DNA from: Macrostomum lignano
Lineage: Eukaryota
Length of the DNA: 40,433 bases
Direction of reading: 5' to 3'
Assembly: GCA_002269645.1 (NCBI GenBank)
Contig: NIVC01004617.1
Coordinates: 1 to 40,433, forward strand
This document shows, one piece after another, positions 38,516-40,433 of the stretch. Within the stretch, counting starts at the first letter, position 1; each line of letters opens with the position of its first letter. The notes under the pieces were generated by a model, which was given only the letters and a program-made list of their open reading frames with translations, made no database searches and was not told the origin of the DNA. The position numbers and the translations under genes are program-made.

Positions 38516-38607
38516 TTGCTCGCGCGCCGTACTGGGGCGCCAGGTGCGAACGGTCGATACGGGGCCGTTTCGAACTTCAGCGAAAACCTGCCGAGGAAAA
38601 GTTCTCG
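38516..38607 (+). CDS. Neuregulin-like protein: EGF domain exon 2 (Cys5-Cys6) and juxtamembrane; contains a 1-nt frameshift as given
   Basis: Acceptor CCCCAAG|T TGC gives Cys5 at 38517. PYWGARCE with Cys6 at 38545 lies in a different frame (28 nt apart, 27 expected). Then RSIRGRFELQRKPAEEKFS and donor TCG|GTGAGC. Confidence 0.8.
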
Positions 38608-38664
38608 GTGAGCGTCTTGAGATTGAGAGATTAGCTTGTTGGACAGAGTGATGAAAGAGCTGTG

Positions 38665-39510
38665 CGAGAGTGATAAGAGAGCGATGAAGAGAGAGAGCAA
38701 TGGGAGAGAGTGATAAGAGAGCGATGGGAGAGAGTGATAAGAGAGCGATGGAGAGAGTGATAAGAGAGCGATGGGAAGAGAGTGATAAGAGAGCGATGGG
38801 AGAGAGTGATAAGAGAGCGGTGGGAGAGAGTGATAAGAGAGCGGTGGGAGAGAGTGATAAGAGAGCGTTGGAGAGAGTGATAAGAGAGCGATAGAGAGAG
38901 TAATAATAGAGCGATGGGAGAGAGCAATGGAGAGAGTGATAAGAGAGCGATGGGAGAGAGTGATAAGAGAGCGATGGGAGAGAGTGATAAGAGAGCGATG
39001 GGAGAGAGTGATAAGAGAGCGGTGGGAGAGTGATAAGAGAGCGACGGAAGAGTGATAAGAGAGCGATGGGAGAGAGTGATAAGAGAGCGGTGGGAGAGAG
39101 TGATAAGATCGATGGAGAGAGTAATAAGAGAGTGATGGAGAGAGCAATGAGAAGAGTGATAGAGAGGCGATGGGAGAGAGTGATAAGAGAGCGGTGGGAG
39201 AAAGTGATAAGAGAGCAATGGAGAGAGTGATAAAGAGCAATGGGAGAGAGTGATAAGAGAGGCGGTGGGAGAGATGATAAGAGAGCGGTGGAGAGAGTGA
39301 TAAGAGAGCGGTTGGAGAGAGTGATAAGAGAGCGATAGGAAGAGTAATAATAGAGCGATGGGAGAGAGCAATGGAGAGAGTGATAAGAGAGCAATGGGAA
39401 GAGTGATAAGAGAGCAATGGAGAGAGTGATAAGAGAGCATGGGAGAGAGTGATAAGAGAGCGGTGGGAGAGAGTGATAAGAGAGCAATGGGAGAGAGTGA
39501 TAAGAGAGTG
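38665..39510 (+). repeat. 24-bp purine-rich minisatellite (~35 copies)
   Basis: Unit GAGAGAGTGATAAGAGAGCG(A/G)TGG. Confidence 0.95.
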
Positions 39511-39535
39511 ATTTCACATGTTGATTAGCACACAG

Positions 39536-39654
39536 CAAACACACTCTCCTTCCAGACTGCTTTCACCGAACGACAGAATTCTGACTGTGACCGGCATTGG
39601 GCTGCTGCTCACCATGCTGCTGCTGATTCTGCTCATATCCTGGTACCTGTCCAG
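39536..39654 (+). CDS. Neuregulin-like protein: transmembrane exon
   Basis: Acceptor GCACACAG| at 39535/39536 gives the required phase 0: QTHSPSRLLSPNDRILTVTGIGLLLTMLLLILLISWYLS. RILTVTGI resembles NRG1 RVLTITGI (recalled). Donor AG|GTAGGT, phase 2. The stronger-looking acceptor at 39555 is out of phase with the previous exon. Confidence 0.82.
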
Positions 39655-40141
39655 GTAGGTGCTTCTTACTAGTAAGTGTCACCAAAAATCATTAGTTACC
39701 TCATAATTATCATTACATCCTGAATACTTCGATATAACTAGCAGTACCTTCAACTCCATGGACACCCCTATGCTATGAAAAACACTGAACTACACATTAG
39801 CAGCTAACTCTCAAAACTTGAAACGGCTGCTTTGTTTAAATAAAAACAATGTTTGCGTTGTCATTTGAATAACTTAAAAACGGCTCTGAATTCCACTTTG
39901 CTGCTTTTAGAAGCAATTGTTGACAAAAAGTATTGAGAAGGTTGTTGAAACTGTAGCTTGATTTCATCATCAAATTAACTATTCAAAAGCCGTTGCAACG
40001 TAGAGAATTTCTACCTTGTTTTGACAACAAGCATTTTTCGCACTAACTACTCTAATCTACTTTTAGTAGGTGATTTTGCGCATTAGCATTTTTCTTTGAA
40101 AATTCTCCACTTCGCTTCGCAATCGCCTTCTCAATCTACAG

Positions 40142-40202
40142 GCAGCGAAGACGCGATTTCGATTTCTGGCGACGGAGCAAGCGGAGAATGAGCGATCGCC
40201 AG
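40142..40202 (+). CDS. Neuregulin-like protein: first cytoplasmic exon (gene continues beyond the window)
   Basis: Acceptor TCTACAG|G completes AGG. Encodes RQRRRDFDFWRRSKRRMSDRQ, a basic stop-transfer segment. Donor CAG|GTGAGG. Confidence 0.75.
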
Positions 40203-40221
40203 GTGAGGAGCTGCCCGTGCG

Positions 40222-40433
40222 CCCACCTGTATCTGACAGGACCCACCTGTTTTCTGACAGGACCAACTGTATCTGACAGGCCCCCACCTGTATCTAACAG
40301 GCCCCACCTGTATCTGACAGGACCCACCTGTTTCTGACAGCTCCACCTGTTTCTGACAGGCCCGACCTGTATCTGACAGGACCCACCTGTTTCTGACAGG
40401 ACCCAACGTTTTCTGACAGACCCAGCTGTTTCT
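40222..40433 (+). repeat. 20/21-bp minisatellite (~10 copies, runs off the window end)
   Basis: Unit CCCACCTGT(A/T)TCTGACAGGA. Confidence 0.9.

Overview
Eukaryotic (metazoan) genomic DNA with small GC-rich exons separated by introns packed with unrelated tandem repeats. The style suggests a repeat-rich invertebrate such as the flatworm Macrostomum, but that is an inference only. Two + strand genes are supported. (1) A four-exon ANKMY2/DAF-25 orthologue (ankyrin repeats + MYND zinc finger) at 1754-5617 splices in frame by hand to about 491 aa. (2) A neuregulin-like ErbB-ligand gene (Ig I-set, P/S/T linker, EGF, transmembrane helix, basic tail) has seven exons traced from 24474 to 40202. Its probable N-terminal exons further upstream (about 11.9-23.9 kb) are unresolved, and it continues past the window end. 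As given, its EGF domain carries a 1-nt frameshift between Cys5 and Cys6. Roughly half of the window is micro/minisatellite, and most long ORFs in the supplied track are artefacts of these arrays. A MITE-like element lies upstream of ANKMY2. No rRNA, tRNA, CRISPR array or autonomous transposon was recognised. All splice models were read by eye and are untested against RNA data.
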